From a virus: a DNA stretch of 64,000 bases. This document shows positions 35,614 to 46,100 of this stretch, piece by piece. The number at the start of each line of letters is the position of its first letter. Within the stretch, counting starts at the first letter, position 1. The position numbers and the translations under genes were made by a program. The DNA lies in the IMG/VR virus record IMGVR_UViG_3300047311_000323, positions 64,001 to 128,000 of that record; one strand, given 5' to 3'. Below the pieces are notes generated by a model. The model ran no database searches and was not told the origin of the DNA. It saw only the letters and a list, made by a program, of their open reading frames with translations.

Positions 35614-36170
35614 TTTTTCTTACCCTTGGGCTTCACTAAGCCCGCTAATGTACGAGCGTGATAAAGGGCGACTGCCACACCGTCGGCTTTGTCGTAACTT
35701 TCCACTTTTATTCCGCCCTTCTTATTGTACTCGTAGGGGAACGTAATTCCTAAATGTTGGGCGACAAGGGCCGGCATTTCTTCTTTTTTTGGTAAATCCT
35801 TGCCGGTCTTTAGGCCATGACGAATAGTCATTACACTATAAAGAGTTGGGGATTTGCCCAAATAGTCATAAGCAGTCAGACAAATCATTCTGTTAAATGT
35901 AGTTAACATAATGACGGTTTTGGCTGTGCTCTTACCCTTCATAAATTGAATGATCTCTTCAATTGCAATATAGTCGGGTTTGGCATCCACAATAACCTTT
36001 TGGACTTGATTTCTGGTACTTACTATTCTCTCAATAATAGTACCCTTCTTGGCCGGCTTAAGATATCCAGCTTTGACGAATGAGATGTCGTTAGTTGTTT
36101 CGTCCCAACTTAATATGCAATAGCCAATCGTAGTAGAAGAGGCATCGAAGCCAAGTATAGTTTTTACCAT
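35610..36170 (-). CDS. ruvC: RuvC-like Holliday junction resolvase
   Basis: ILGFDASSTTIGY, IAIEE, DKADGVAVA. Start refined to MVKTILG. Confidence 0.85.
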   Translation of the reverse strand: MVKTILGFDASSTTIGYCILSWDETTNDISFVKAGYLKPAKKGTIIERIVSTRNQVQKVIVDAKPDYIAIEEIIQFMKGKSTAKTVIMLTTFNRMICLTAYDYLGKSPTLYSVMTIRHGLKTGKDLPKKEEMPALVAQHLGITFPYEYNKKGGIKVESYDKADGVAVALYHARTLAGLVKPKGKKK

Positions 36171-36190
36171 ACTTGGTAATATAACAAACA

Positions 36191-36230
36191 AAAAAGAAAA
36201 GCCCACAACGGGGGAGTTGTGAGCTTTTCA
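36191..36230 (-). terminator. Intrinsic terminator after the SSB gene
   Basis: AAAAGCTCACAAC-TCCCCC-GTTGTGGGCTTTT hairpin followed by a T-rich tract on the minus strand. Confidence 0.85.
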
Positions 36231-36253
36231 GTACTATCTAGGGAGTGATAGAC

Positions 36254-36985
36254 TTAGGACTGAGGTGCTTGTCCGTCTTCATAAGAAGGGAACGAGTTCT
36301 CTAGCTCTTCATCATCAGTCATGCTGACGGCTGGAGCGGCAGCCTTGGTGCTCTTCTTTGCAGCGGCAGCAGGAGCTGGTACTGTGGCAGGTGTTGCACC
36401 GGTGGTCGTTACACCATTAATCTTGTCCAATCTAGCCTGTACTTTCTCAGGGGTTGGTGGAGTGACTCTGCGCTTCAGGTCATCAAAATCAATGCTGTCC
36501 TTAATTACTTGATCAGCAGCCGATAGTGGCTCTTTTGGTAGGGCTTGGACACTGTAGTATCCGGTAGCTCCGCCGTTCTTATCAACTTCAACGTTGATGT
36601 CATACTTGGTAGGATCACCAAATCTTGCGTTCTTGTTGTACTTTCTAATCTGTGAGAACACAGCGAAAGAGATGTCAAGAATCTTGTAAGTGTTGGTCTT
36701 ACGGGAAATTACTCCGAGCAACCAACGTGGCTTGGCTTTGTCGCCAGTGGCGCAGAGTGGGCAGCTTCCGTGAATTGCGGAACACTGAACCTTCTGTCCG
36801 AAACCCGTGTCGCCGTCTTTCTTGTACTTATGAACCAAGTACTGGTGTGGCTGGGTCAAGAGCCTGATCTCATTTGGACCCTCATCTAAACGAAGAAAGA
36901 GGTCTTTGCTGTTTGTTTGTTTCTTGTTATCACCTGGAAAAACGTCTGAATTCCAGTCTACTTCACCGAATGTATTCGTTGTCAT
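36254..36985 (-). CDS. Single-stranded DNA-binding protein (T4 gp32-like)
   Basis: FLRLDEG.NEIRLL, C...CPLC zinc site, YDINV...YYSV, acidic C-terminal tail. AGGAG SD. Confidence 0.8.
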   Translation of the reverse strand: MTTNTFGEVDWNSDVFPGDNKKQTNSKDLFLRLDEGPNEIRLLTQPHQYLVHKYKKDGDTGFGQKVQCSAIHGSCPLCATGDKAKPRWLLGVISRKTNTYKILDISFAVFSQIRKYNKNARFGDPTKYDINVEVDKNGGATGYYSVQALPKEPLSAADQVIKDSIDFDDLKRRVTPPTPEKVQARLDKINGVTTTGATPATVPAPAAAAKKSTKAAAPAVSMTDDEELENSFPSYEDGQAPQS

Positions 36986-37067
36986 ATTGATCTCCTACTG
37001 TTATCTCTTTTGTACATTACTAGTACGTTATCTACTTAACAAAACCATCGATCGTATATCTATCACA

Positions 37068-37367
37068 TTAGTGTGTAAATCGTACGTAACGAGTGCGGGC
37101 GTGGTCAGTGGTGCGGTTGAATCTTACTCCGATACCCCTGCTTCGTAGTCTATTGGCTACTCTGTTAATTACCACTCTGAGAGCACCTGGGGAGCCGGGT
37201 AGAATTCCTCTTTGACGCCTGCTAGAAACTCTGTTCAAAGCAGTCATCAAATTTGTCATCGTTCCGATCCACTTGCTGCCAGATTGGTTGCTTACTATCG
37301 TATTTACTTTCGTGAACACTAAATCGTTCACATTGATTTCTCCTGTCATCTCATTACTCACTTTCAT
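37068..37367 (-). CDS. Small basic winged-helix-like DNA-binding protein
   Basis: PGSPGALRVVINRVANRLRSRGIGVRFNR...RTRYVRF pattern. An alternative GTG start at 37331 has an AGGAG SD. Confidence 0.65.
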   Translation of the reverse strand: MKVSNEMTGEINVNDLVFTKVNTIVSNQSGSKWIGTMTNLMTALNRVSSRRQRGILPGSPGALRVVINRVANRLRSRGIGVRFNRTTDHARTRYVRFTH

Positions 37368-37379
37368 ATTCGTAATATC

Positions 37380-37730
37380 TTACTTGGTTTCTTTACCTGG
37401 GTTATTCACAGTCTTTACTGCATTGAAGACTAAACTTCTAATGCTATAAACTCTGTGCAGTGGGAACAACATCTCTAATATAAGTTCTTTAGAGGTGCTT
37501 GTCAAGATATCGGAAAAACCTTTGATAATTTCATCATCGTCCTTATCACAGAAAATTCCTTTAACTTGGATAAAACCATTTTCTGATAGAGGCTTATCCA
37601 AAGAAATAAATCTCTGAAAATTACGAGTCTTCCCCGTAACACCATCATCTAATGTAACTAGGAATGGTGGCTTTTTAAGGGATGGCGCAATGGCCATTGT
37701 CAGACTGTTTGGGCCCAAATCAATTGGCAT
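37380..37730 (-). CDS. Hypothetical protein
   Basis: 116-aa ORF starting 3 nt after the recA stop codon. Confidence 0.7.
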   Translation of the reverse strand: MPIDLGPNSLTMAIAPSLKKPPFLVTLDDGVTGKTRNFQRFISLDKPLSENGFIQVKGIFCDKDDDEIIKGFSDILTSTSKELILEMLFPLHRVYSIRSLVFNAVKTVNNPGKETK

Positions 37731-37733
37731 GGT

Positions 37734-38942
37734 TTACTTACCTTTCTTCCGTTTCTTTACTTCTGTTGTATCATCGCCAGCATCGTCTACTATTGGAGCC
37801 AGAACAGCGGCTTTCTTTGCCTCTTGTTCTCTTCTAGCAGAATCTCTCTTGGCATCACGAGCCTCACCAATCTTTACGGTGAGTTCGGCAGCCAAGGCTG
37901 GGTCATCTTTGAGAGCTTCACAGAACTTTGGAAATCCAACCCACTTCTTGTCACCATATTCATGGGACACTGTGGAGGTCTTGACGACCACGTTGTAGTC
38001 CAAAGCTAATTGTGCAACTTCTTCGTGCTTGTCTATAACACCGATACCGAAGTTTACTTTGAATTCGCACTTACGTGGGTAAGGGCCGAACTTCGACTTT
38101 TCAATGGTTGCTCGCATCGTATGACCGATCTTTTGCTCTTTTTCATCCAAGATTTGTGCATCAGCACGAGCCACCGCTTCAAAGTAAACGTTGGCACTCA
38201 AGAAGTGAGCGTAAGTATTTCCACCGGAGAACGAGTGATCAACCCCATAAGGATCCATATTAGCTTTCTTGTGGTTGATGAAAATGAAGGGCACTTGCGC
38301 TCTGTTTGCATCAAGAGAAAGCTTACGGAAAGTAGTAGTTAAGAATCTGGCTAACAAAGCCATGTTCATCTTTCCAACAGCCGAAACATCTTCGCCTGGT
38401 GGAATAATGGCGCCTAGTGAATCCAATACAACCATGTTGATATTGAAGTCGCCAGCCATAATCATATCAAGTAATCCTTGCTTAGTCTTACCGACTAGCA
38501 AATGAGTCTTCTTGTCTTCCTTGGGAACACCAAGAATCATTTCGAAACAGCTACGACCAATAACGGCCGTCTCACCATCAACGACAATGATACGGGAAAC
38601 ATCCAAGCCCAAAATCTCTGCCCACTTAGCATCGAAGGTTCCTTCGGCATCAATGAACATCTGTTGGGTGCCAGGCTCAGCTTGCTGAGCTTCTTTGATA
38701 GCCAACATGGCCATGAGCGTCTTGCCGCTACCAGGAGCGCCGTAGAACTGAATCAATCTGCCTTTAGGTAGTCCTCCAGATGATAAAGCATCATCGAGAA
38801 CTAAAGAGCCAGATGGAGTTACCGGCAGCTTCTCTCCCATGGTTTCATGGGCAAGTCTGAAATCTAATTGTTCGTCGGCCTTAGCAAAACTTTGGAAAAA
38901 TGCGGTTAGCTTATCTGACTTCTTTTTCTTATCATCTGACAT
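37734..38942 (-). CDS. recA: RecA/UvsX recombinase
   Basis: GGLPKGRLIQFYGAPGSGKT (Walker A), FIDAEG, VVLDSLG (Walker B), GGN, KSKFGPYP. Start refined (AGGAG SD). Confidence 0.95.
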   Translation of the reverse strand: MSDDKKKKSDKLTAFFQSFAKADEQLDFRLAHETMGEKLPVTPSGSLVLDDALSSGGLPKGRLIQFYGAPGSGKTLMAMLAIKEAQQAEPGTQQMFIDAEGTFDAKWAEILGLDVSRIIVVDGETAVIGRSCFEMILGVPKEDKKTHLLVGKTKQGLLDMIMAGDFNINMVVLDSLGAIIPPGEDVSAVGKMNMALLARFLTTTFRKLSLDANRAQVPFIFINHKKANMDPYGVDHSFSGGNTYAHFLSANVYFEAVARADAQILDEKEQKIGHTMRATIEKSKFGPYPRKCEFKVNFGIGVIDKHEEVAQLALDYNVVVKTSTVSHEYGDKKWVGFPKFCEALKDDPALAAELTVKIGEARDAKRDSARREQEAKKAAVLAPIVDDAGDDTTEVKKRKKGK

Positions 38943-38953
38943 TTTATCTCCTA

Positions 38954-39460
38954 TCAATCGTAGCCTTCGCCCGCATTGCTGGTCCCTGAACTATAACCGA
39001 GGATCGTCTTTCGCAGGCCCGCCGCAATGTCTTTAAAATGGTGGTGGGACTTGACTAAAATCTCGTATTTTCGTTCGAGGACGATCTTTGCGCCCTTGGC
39101 TTCCGCTAATTTGATTTGTACTTTTTCGACTTCAGGCGATGACTCTCCCGCCCATTTTTTCATGTCCACTGTCGTTCGAGCCCCATCGGGTGCTGCATAT
39201 TCTAAGGACACTTTATTCTTCGTACTGTTTACTTGCGATTCTAGATAACCTACTGTCTTTACAATCTTTGAAAGGTAACCGACTATAATGTCCGCACCTC
39301 TTAGAGATTGTTGCTGCAATAATTCAGCATGAGCCAAATCAATTGCGTCTATATCTCGTAGCTGTTCTAATACTTCCTGTATTTCGGTGAGGTCGAAATC
39401 TTTGAAATCTTCCTCTAAATTAGAACCTAAAACATCGCCTAGTCTTACTGTTTGGCTCAT
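38954..39460 (-). CDS. UvsY-like recombination mediator (putative)
   Basis: 168-aa helical-bundle pattern (TTVDMKK...PEV...LAEA...LE...K) directly upstream of recA. The call is inference. Confidence 0.5.
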   Translation of the reverse strand: MSQTVRLGDVLGSNLEEDFKDFDLTEIQEVLEQLRDIDAIDLAHAELLQQQSLRGADIIVGYLSKIVKTVGYLESQVNSTKNKVSLEYAAPDGARTTVDMKKWAGESSPEVEKVQIKLAEAKGAKIVLERKYEILVKSHHHFKDIAAGLRKTILGYSSGTSNAGEGYD

Positions 39461-39513
39461 GTTTGTCTTTCTCCTGTAATATTGAATTAAACGAACTTTT
39501 TCTCGACAAATGG

Positions 39514-39816
39514 TTATTTGGAAGCCTTATTATTTTTCTTTAGTTCGGCCACCACTTCATCTATCTGTTGATGCATTAATCGCAGGTGTTGGTGCTGCAT
39601 TACTGCCATTAGAAATAGGAATACTTCCAAGCTGGTCCTTCGTTTAGAAGGTGGCTTTAGGAAGATAATAATACCGTCATCATTGGCCTCAAAAAGGTCT
39701 ATGAATAGGTCTTCGCCTTTACCCGTCATGTCGGTGTATGACTTGACGATTTTATTGTACATATCGTACTCGTCATCCGTCATTTCCACTTTCTTATTGT
39801 CAATGACTCTAATCAT
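39514..39816 (-). CDS. Hypothetical protein
   Basis: 100-aa ORF in operon context. Confidence 0.7.
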   Translation of the reverse strand: MIRVIDNKKVEMTDDEYDMYNKIVKSYTDMTGKGEDLFIDLFEANDDGIIIFLKPPSKRRTSLEVFLFLMAVMQHQHLRLMHQQIDEVVAELKKNNKASK

Positions 39817-39819
39817 GGC

Positions 39820-40665
39820 TTACCCTCTTGAGAAACTGCCTTTACCTGAGCCCAATCTCTTGGATGCTCCTTGAGCTTTTGCTTGCATGTTGACAAGCGC
39901 TCTCATATCCTTCTCATTAGCTCCGGCCGGGCCGTTACCCTTTTTCATGTTGGCCATGGCCAGAACAGCAGGCGGAATTTCGTCATCGTCACCATCGGCC
40001 ATAGAAGAAACTGGCAATCCCGAAGCAACTATATCACCGCTACCAATGACGGACTGGAATTCGGCAACAGCTTCAGGATCGGCTTCTGCCATTGATTCTT
40101 TGCTCATCATAGATGCCACACCACCTTCTTTGTTGGACATGGCTGCCGCGACTTCTCTTTTGACTTTTTCTGCAACTGCCCTAAGATCTTTAGTTTTGTC
40201 GGCGACACTTTTAGGGTCACCGTCCACGGCTTTCTCTTGCTTTAGCATATTGTTCGCACGATCATGGAACGTTTGGGTCCTATCATCAGTTGCCATCTTT
40301 TCAACAACAACATCCTGCTCAACTACCTTACCATCTTCATCAAGAGTCTTAATCCTCATAACGGACTTCTTCTTTTCTTGGAACTCTTCATCATCAAGAA
40401 CTTTGCGCATCTCTTTGATGGCTTCCTTAGGAAGATAGGCTTTGAGATCTGGAGAATCTGTTTTGATGTAGTTGTGGTTAGATAGCAGCCAGTCATCGAG
40501 TTGTTCTTGGTATTTCTGCATATCACCCATAGCAACAGCTAAATTGGCGAGGCAATTCTTAAGATGCTCTTCCATAATCTGTTTACCACAGAAGGGACAC
40601 ACATTAATTTCTATGGCGTGGGTCCATTTTGGATTGATTTCTGTTTCACAAGATACGCATTTCAT
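39820..40665 (-). CDS. Hypothetical protein with N-terminal zinc ribbon
   Basis: CVSC...CPFC. Ends in GKGSFSRG. Confidence 0.75.
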   Translation of the reverse strand: MKCVSCETEINPKWTHAIEINVCPFCGKQIMEEHLKNCLANLAVAMGDMQKYQEQLDDWLLSNHNYIKTDSPDLKAYLPKEAIKEMRKVLDDEEFQEKKKSVMRIKTLDEDGKVVEQDVVVEKMATDDRTQTFHDRANNMLKQEKAVDGDPKSVADKTKDLRAVAEKVKREVAAAMSNKEGGVASMMSKESMAEADPEAVAEFQSVIGSGDIVASGLPVSSMADGDDDEIPPAVLAMANMKKGNGPAGANEKDMRALVNMQAKAQGASKRLGSGKGSFSRG

Positions 40666-40667
40666 GT

Positions 40668-41123
40668 TTAGATCACCCTTCTAAAACTTCTCAAGGATCT
40701 GGTTTGAATAGATCCGTCCGCACCTGCCGTCTTGACAAGATCACTTTCTTGAGTGATAACGGATTGGGCACGTGCTTGCTTATATCTAGCCCATTTGACC
40801 TCTTGCGGTAAAGAAGATTCATCTACAGCAATACAGCCTTCAATTTCTTTGGCTGTCTCCTGAATCTTTTCTGCCAATTCCTCGCTAAGAGCTTTCACAT
40901 ATTCTCTGTGTCTGTAGACGGAGACGGGGTTATTAGCTTCCCCATTGAGAGGAATTAGCCCCAATGAATTGATTAGTGCTTCATCTCTGGTAACCAATGC
41001 ATGCTCATACAATCCCTTCAAACGAAGTTCGAGGGGCGTAGGAGGATACTTTTCGTCATCCCCATTGGCTAGGTCACGAATACTTCCTCTATCTGATTGC
41101 TGCTGAACACGTCTAATTGGCAT
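40668..41123 (-). CDS. Hypothetical protein
   Basis: 151 aa. Ends in RSFRRVI. Confidence 0.7.
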   Translation of the reverse strand: MPIRRVQQQSDRGSIRDLANGDDEKYPPTPLELRLKGLYEHALVTRDEALINSLGLIPLNGEANNPVSVYRHREYVKALSEELAEKIQETAKEIEGCIAVDESSLPQEVKWARYKQARAQSVITQESDLVKTAGADGSIQTRSLRSFRRVI

Positions 41124-41130
41124 TTATACC

Positions 41131-42198
41131 TTATTTCTTAGTTCTTCTAAAAGAGCCCTTGAATTTGTTTTCTGCAATTGCGTCTTTAGTAGGAGCATAT
41201 CTATTGATTACTCTTTCAAGAGCATCAAAATTATTATCATGCCAATTTAGCATTTGACTGATTTGTTCTTCACGAGCCTTATCATTTGCTTCGCAAAAGC
41301 CCTTATCTATCATCAATTGAGTTAGTTTGGTGGCGCGCTCAGTCTTGAGCTTTAGTTCTGCCTGAAATTCAGGAGTAGCTTCTTTGGCCGCCTTGGCTTG
41401 AGCCTTCTTTGTAGAGGCAAGGTCATGCAAACTACGACCAGGTGGACGGTTTGTTGGGGCACGCTCTTTACGATCGGATTCAACCTTCAAAGTGGATGGG
41501 CCTTCTTTTACTGGCTCCGTGTTAGCCACTCTATGAACTCTTGGACCAGGGCCTCTTACTGTCTTACCTTTGTTTAGCTTCCTCTTACCGGTTTTGATTC
41601 CAGCAGGCTTGACATCACCGAGTTTCTTACTGAGGTCTGTCATAAACTCTCTTAGCTCTTGAATAGCATCGCCTGGTTCAAACTTGGTTGGCTTATCGTC
41701 AATCATGCGAATCTCACGCTTTTCAGCCTCAGGAGCAATTTGATCTACCTTCTGAGCAATATGATCAATTGGTTCTTCGGTAAAATCTTCGACTCTTCCT
41801 AGATTAGGAATTCTAGACAAATCGGTAAGCTCCATGAACTTATCCTTAGTCAGTTGCAAATCTTTGAGAGTTCCTCTAGTCTTGTTGAACTTTTGTTGAA
41901 CCCAAGATAGGTCGTAATCTTCATCGAAATCTTTTTCATGTTTATCATCAAAGAAGGCTTCTAATCCTTTTAGGAATTCAGCTTTGTCTTTGGCACCTGG
42001 CACTGCTTCAGGATCTAATCCTTGAACAACAAGTAGGTGTCTCATTATAGAATTGATTGGGGCTAGGACTGTGCTAACTGCTGTGATACCACCGTCAACA
42101 TACTTCTTAAGTAGATCAGGATTTTCACTCAGAAAAGACTTAAGTAGTCTATCGGTTTCTTTTTGGAACAAGCTAGAAAGGCGATTGTGTAGTTGCAT
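41131..42198 (-). CDS. Hypothetical protein whose C-terminal domain resembles the scaffold C-terminus
   Basis: 52-aa ungapped match (16 identities) to the C-terminal region of 9173..12931. Ends in GSFRRTKK. Confidence 0.75.
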   Translation of the reverse strand: MQLHNRLSSLFQKETDRLLKSFLSENPDLLKKYVDGGITAVSTVLAPINSIMRHLLVVQGLDPEAVPGAKDKAEFLKGLEAFFDDKHEKDFDEDYDLSWVQQKFNKTRGTLKDLQLTKDKFMELTDLSRIPNLGRVEDFTEEPIDHIAQKVDQIAPEAEKREIRMIDDKPTKFEPGDAIQELREFMTDLSKKLGDVKPAGIKTGKRKLNKGKTVRGPGPRVHRVANTEPVKEGPSTLKVESDRKERAPTNRPPGRSLHDLASTKKAQAKAAKEATPEFQAELKLKTERATKLTQLMIDKGFCEANDKAREEQISQMLNWHDNNFDALERVINRYAPTKDAIAENKFKGSFRRTKK

Positions 42199-42200
42199 GG

Positions 42201-43088
42201 TTATCTCTTCTTAGATGGTTTTCTGCCACGCTTACGTGGGAGGTCGTCAGTTTCGGCAGTCTCTATAACTTGAGTTGCTGACTGTATTTCTTTTTGAGTT
42301 GGCTGGAATGCTACGGGAACTGAGAATCCGCCGGCTGGAGATGCGACGAATACTGCATTCAAGCTTGCTCCGCCAAATGGCGCACCACCCACTAGTTGGC
42401 TACTATTTACGGCAGCACCTTCCACAAGGGAAGAGCTGTTACTGAAGGTCTGGCTTGTAGAGCCGGTATAGTTGATCTGTTGTGGAGTTGTGTCAAAATC
42501 AACACTTCGTGATACCAGACCTTCAGTAACATTCCCGTACATACGCACGTCTGTTGCATCAGGAGATGCTAAGAAAACTTTAAGAGCTTGCTCATCGATA
42601 GCCAGAGAAGCAGATGAAGTGGCCGCTGTAGGAGGCGCGGCTTCAGCGGGCACAACATCACCAGCTTGCTTACCTTCCTTGAGCAAAGTCTTAACGGCTT
42701 TTAGGTGCTCAACGGATTCCTTATCTGGTAAGAATTGCTGGAAGTGTTTTTGCACTTCATCTGCTTCTGGCTTTCGACGAGAGTATCTTGGACTATCGGG
42801 GGAGGATAGTAATCGTAATTGGCAATTAGAGATAACGAAAGCGGCAAAGTCTTCTACAGTAGAGTCGTTTTTACTAAACTCAACTGTCTTCTTTAAGAAA
42901 AGAGACATTGCATCGCCTGTATGGGAATTGGCTGCCATGGACTGCTCCGGAGAATCATCCTCCACAAGGATGGTTCCTGAGTCTAGCTGGACCGCACCTG
43001 GGATCATACCTGCATGAAAATGTCTATTTGCAGTGAGGTATGACAGGTCGTGTCTATCTGCCCATTCCTTGAGTTTGATTTTGGTCAT
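42201..43088 (-). CDS. IS607-type (MerR-like) HTH protein with basic AT-hook-like tail
   Basis: KLKEWADRHDLSYLTANRHFHAGMIPGAVQLDSGTILV at the N-terminus and PRKRGRKP at the C-terminus. Start refined (AGGA SD). Confidence 0.7.
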   Translation of the reverse strand: MTKIKLKEWADRHDLSYLTANRHFHAGMIPGAVQLDSGTILVEDDSPEQSMAANSHTGDAMSLFLKKTVEFSKNDSTVEDFAAFVISNCQLRLLSSPDSPRYSRRKPEADEVQKHFQQFLPDKESVEHLKAVKTLLKEGKQAGDVVPAEAAPPTAATSSASLAIDEQALKVFLASPDATDVRMYGNVTEGLVSRSVDFDTTPQQINYTGSTSQTFSNSSSLVEGAAVNSSQLVGGAPFGGASLNAVFVASPAGGFSVPVAFQPTQKEIQSATQVIETAETDDLPRKRGRKPSKKR

Positions 43089-43181
43089 GACTTCATTCCT
43101 TATTATGCATATACAATCGATATCATCTGTATCATTTTTCGACGACACCGTCGATTTTGTTATTATTCCATATCGTATATA

Positions 43182-46100
43182 TCAATCATCCTCGGATTCG
43201 TCATCCAAATCAATCAACCCTTCGTCATACAAAGTATCCTCGATTTGATCGAGTATCTCTTGAGGACTCTTAGGTTTTTCGTCTTCTTCCTTAATTCCAA
43301 ACATTTTGGCCTTAGCCTCTTTGAGATTGATTTTCTTGGCTTTCAAGTCATCAGGCAAAGAGGGAGGTAAGGCAATATGGTATAATTGATCCAATATGAC
43401 GCCCATGTCATCTTCATAAGAATTGGTGTTCCCCGAGAAGAACAAGGCTATACCTGTATCGAATTTGGCCTTCTTGTTAATTTCTTGTATTCTCTCCTGC
43501 ACCGTCTTCCATCGATCCGGGAAGATGGTCAAAGTACACTGATCGCCGTTCTTATCCTCGAATACGGCCTTTACCATGGGCTGGCCATAATACTTGCCTT
43601 CCTTCTTTACGCGGAACTCGAAGAAGTCTCGGATGATGCCTTTGACAGACGACACGTTGGTTTTGTCTTTGGAACGCTTGATATCCTGGACCGTTACATG
43701 ATCCCCATCGAAGAACTTGCCATAAGCCAACGACGGTTTACAAGTAAACGACTCTCCCAGATAGTATTGCTCCAAAGCATACACCTCCGGCATAGTCCAT
43801 TCATTCTCAGCAGGCCATGGGTAAACAAACTGTTCCTGAGTCGGATCATGCTTCTTCAACCAGACCTGTAGCTTCTTACGATAATCGGATACATACAGAT
43901 AAATCAGCTTGCGAGGAATCTTGAAAGAATCCAACGCTCCGCATGCGGCAAGAGCCTGAATGCTATTAGCTCGCACTGCTTTAGAACTAATTCTAGTCAT
44001 AAAGTCAAAGAAGTTTGCAAATGGCCTCTTCGAAATAATATCGTTGATAGCATCCACCCCTACAAACTTAATTGCATCCAAACCAGTAATCAATCTGTTG
44101 CCATCTTCAATAGTGTACACCAATTGAGACTTATTGATATCTGGCGGAACAATCTTAACTCTACGCTTACGAATTTCCTTCTTGATCTTCTCAATGTTTC
44201 CCTTAGAGTCTGGGGCATTAGATTTAACTTCAGCCATTAAGTTAGCCATCAAGAACTCAACCGGATAATGAGCTTTCAGATATGCCGTCTTGTAACTTGT
44301 CATAGAATACAAGATTGAGTGGGACATATTGAAACCGTAACCCTGGAACTTGTCAACAACTTCGTCCCAGATACGCTTAGCAATAGCTTCATTGACGTTG
44401 TTCTCAACAGCGCCTTTAATGAAATCGTTTCTCCACTCCTGAGCCTTCTTAGGATTCTTACCTTTTTCCTTGGTTAGTTTCCTAAGACGGTCTGCTTCGT
44501 GCAAACTCCATCCAGCTACATCCTGAGCTAGATACATAAGACTTTCTTCATACAAACCGAACCCGAAGGTGTTATTGAATGCTCGACCCAATGTCGGATG
44601 CAATAATGAGAATGGCTTCTTGCCATCCTTGGTTTTGATGAAATCGTCACGCATATCACGAGCTGACGGACGAGCTAGAGAGTTGATGTAGCTGATGTCG
44701 TTGACAGACTGGGGCTTGATACGACGGCACAGATCAATCGTGCCGCCAGATGTTCCAAGCTGGAATACACAGAAGGTATCACCACTAGAAATGGTATCGT
44801 ACGTTTCCTTGTCGTACTCATCATAACTGATGACCTCTGGCAAATACTTGCCCGAAGCCTTGATGAGCTGAACGGCTTGACCAATAATATCCAGAGTCGA
44901 GAGACCCAAAGTATCCATCTTGACCAGACCATTTTCTTCGGCCTTGTCCTTATCATACTCAATTGCTAGTGCGCCATCTTTATCCTTTCTCAAAGGAACA
45001 AGTCCAGTGAGGGGACGAGCGGAGATGATAATACCACCAGCGTGAGTCGACCAAGCGCGGTACTTTCCACAGATCGCCTTGTACTGTTCGAACTGCGGAT
45101 ATTTCTTGGCGTACTCTGCAAAGAGTGGAACTTTGGCAAGCGCATCGTCAATGGAATGGATTTCTGCTGGGATGCAGTTGGCCACTTCATTACCGATTCT
45201 TACGGCGTCTTCTTTGGAACCACCAAGCTCGCAAACGCGGGCAATGTCTTTCACATACACCTTGGGTGTAATAGTGTTGACGTTGCTGACGTGAGCTACA
45301 TGGTCCGCACCATATTTCTGTCGGAGATAATTCTGAACTTTCTCACGACCTGACGGAGCAAAGTCCGTATCAATATCAGGGAAGCTCGACTTTTCCTTGT
45401 TGTGGAAACGAGCAAAGATTAGATTATACTTGATTGGGTCTGCCTGGTGAATTCCCAGCAGATAAGCAATCAGCGAGCCGCCCACTGACCCACGACCCTC
45501 ACCAACAGCAATTTCATGCCTTCTAGCCCACTCTATAAAATCGGCCACGATGAGCATGTAGCTGGAGAAGCCATGGAACTCCAGAACGTCTAGTTCTTCG
45601 TCTATGCGCTCCATATATTGCTTGTGCTGCTCTGGCGTCAGATTCTTGACACGAGAATCAAAACGAATGACGCAACGATAGCGTAAAAACAGTTTGTCCT
45701 CATCCAGCTTCTGAACGTCTTCCGGCTGCGTAGCAACCCAAGTACGAAACTCAGCATAGTCTAACTCATCCTTGACGGGGAACTGTGGCAATTCCTTACC
45801 CGTTGGATTAGAGTACTTAGGATCAATCCACTCTGGCTTCTCGCACAGATTGGAGAAATAGATGCTGTTGTCAACAAACGTCTGTGCATCTTCCTTGTAA
45901 ATTCTGGTAAAAAACTCTTTGACTTCATCACCAGTCTTGAGATAAAACTCAGGCACAGGATAACGAAGACGGAATCCAGAATGAATTGGCTGATGCGAAC
46001 CGATGGCCAAGAAAGCATCGTGAGTGCCCGACTCTTCTTTGGTCAGGTAGTGAGCGTTACAGGCAGCGACTACACGAACGTTGTGCTTCTTACCTAGCTT

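Noticed and set aside
42201-43148. IS607 insertion sequence
   Set aside because: Only the HTH is present. There is no recombinase catalytic domain, tnpB or element ends.
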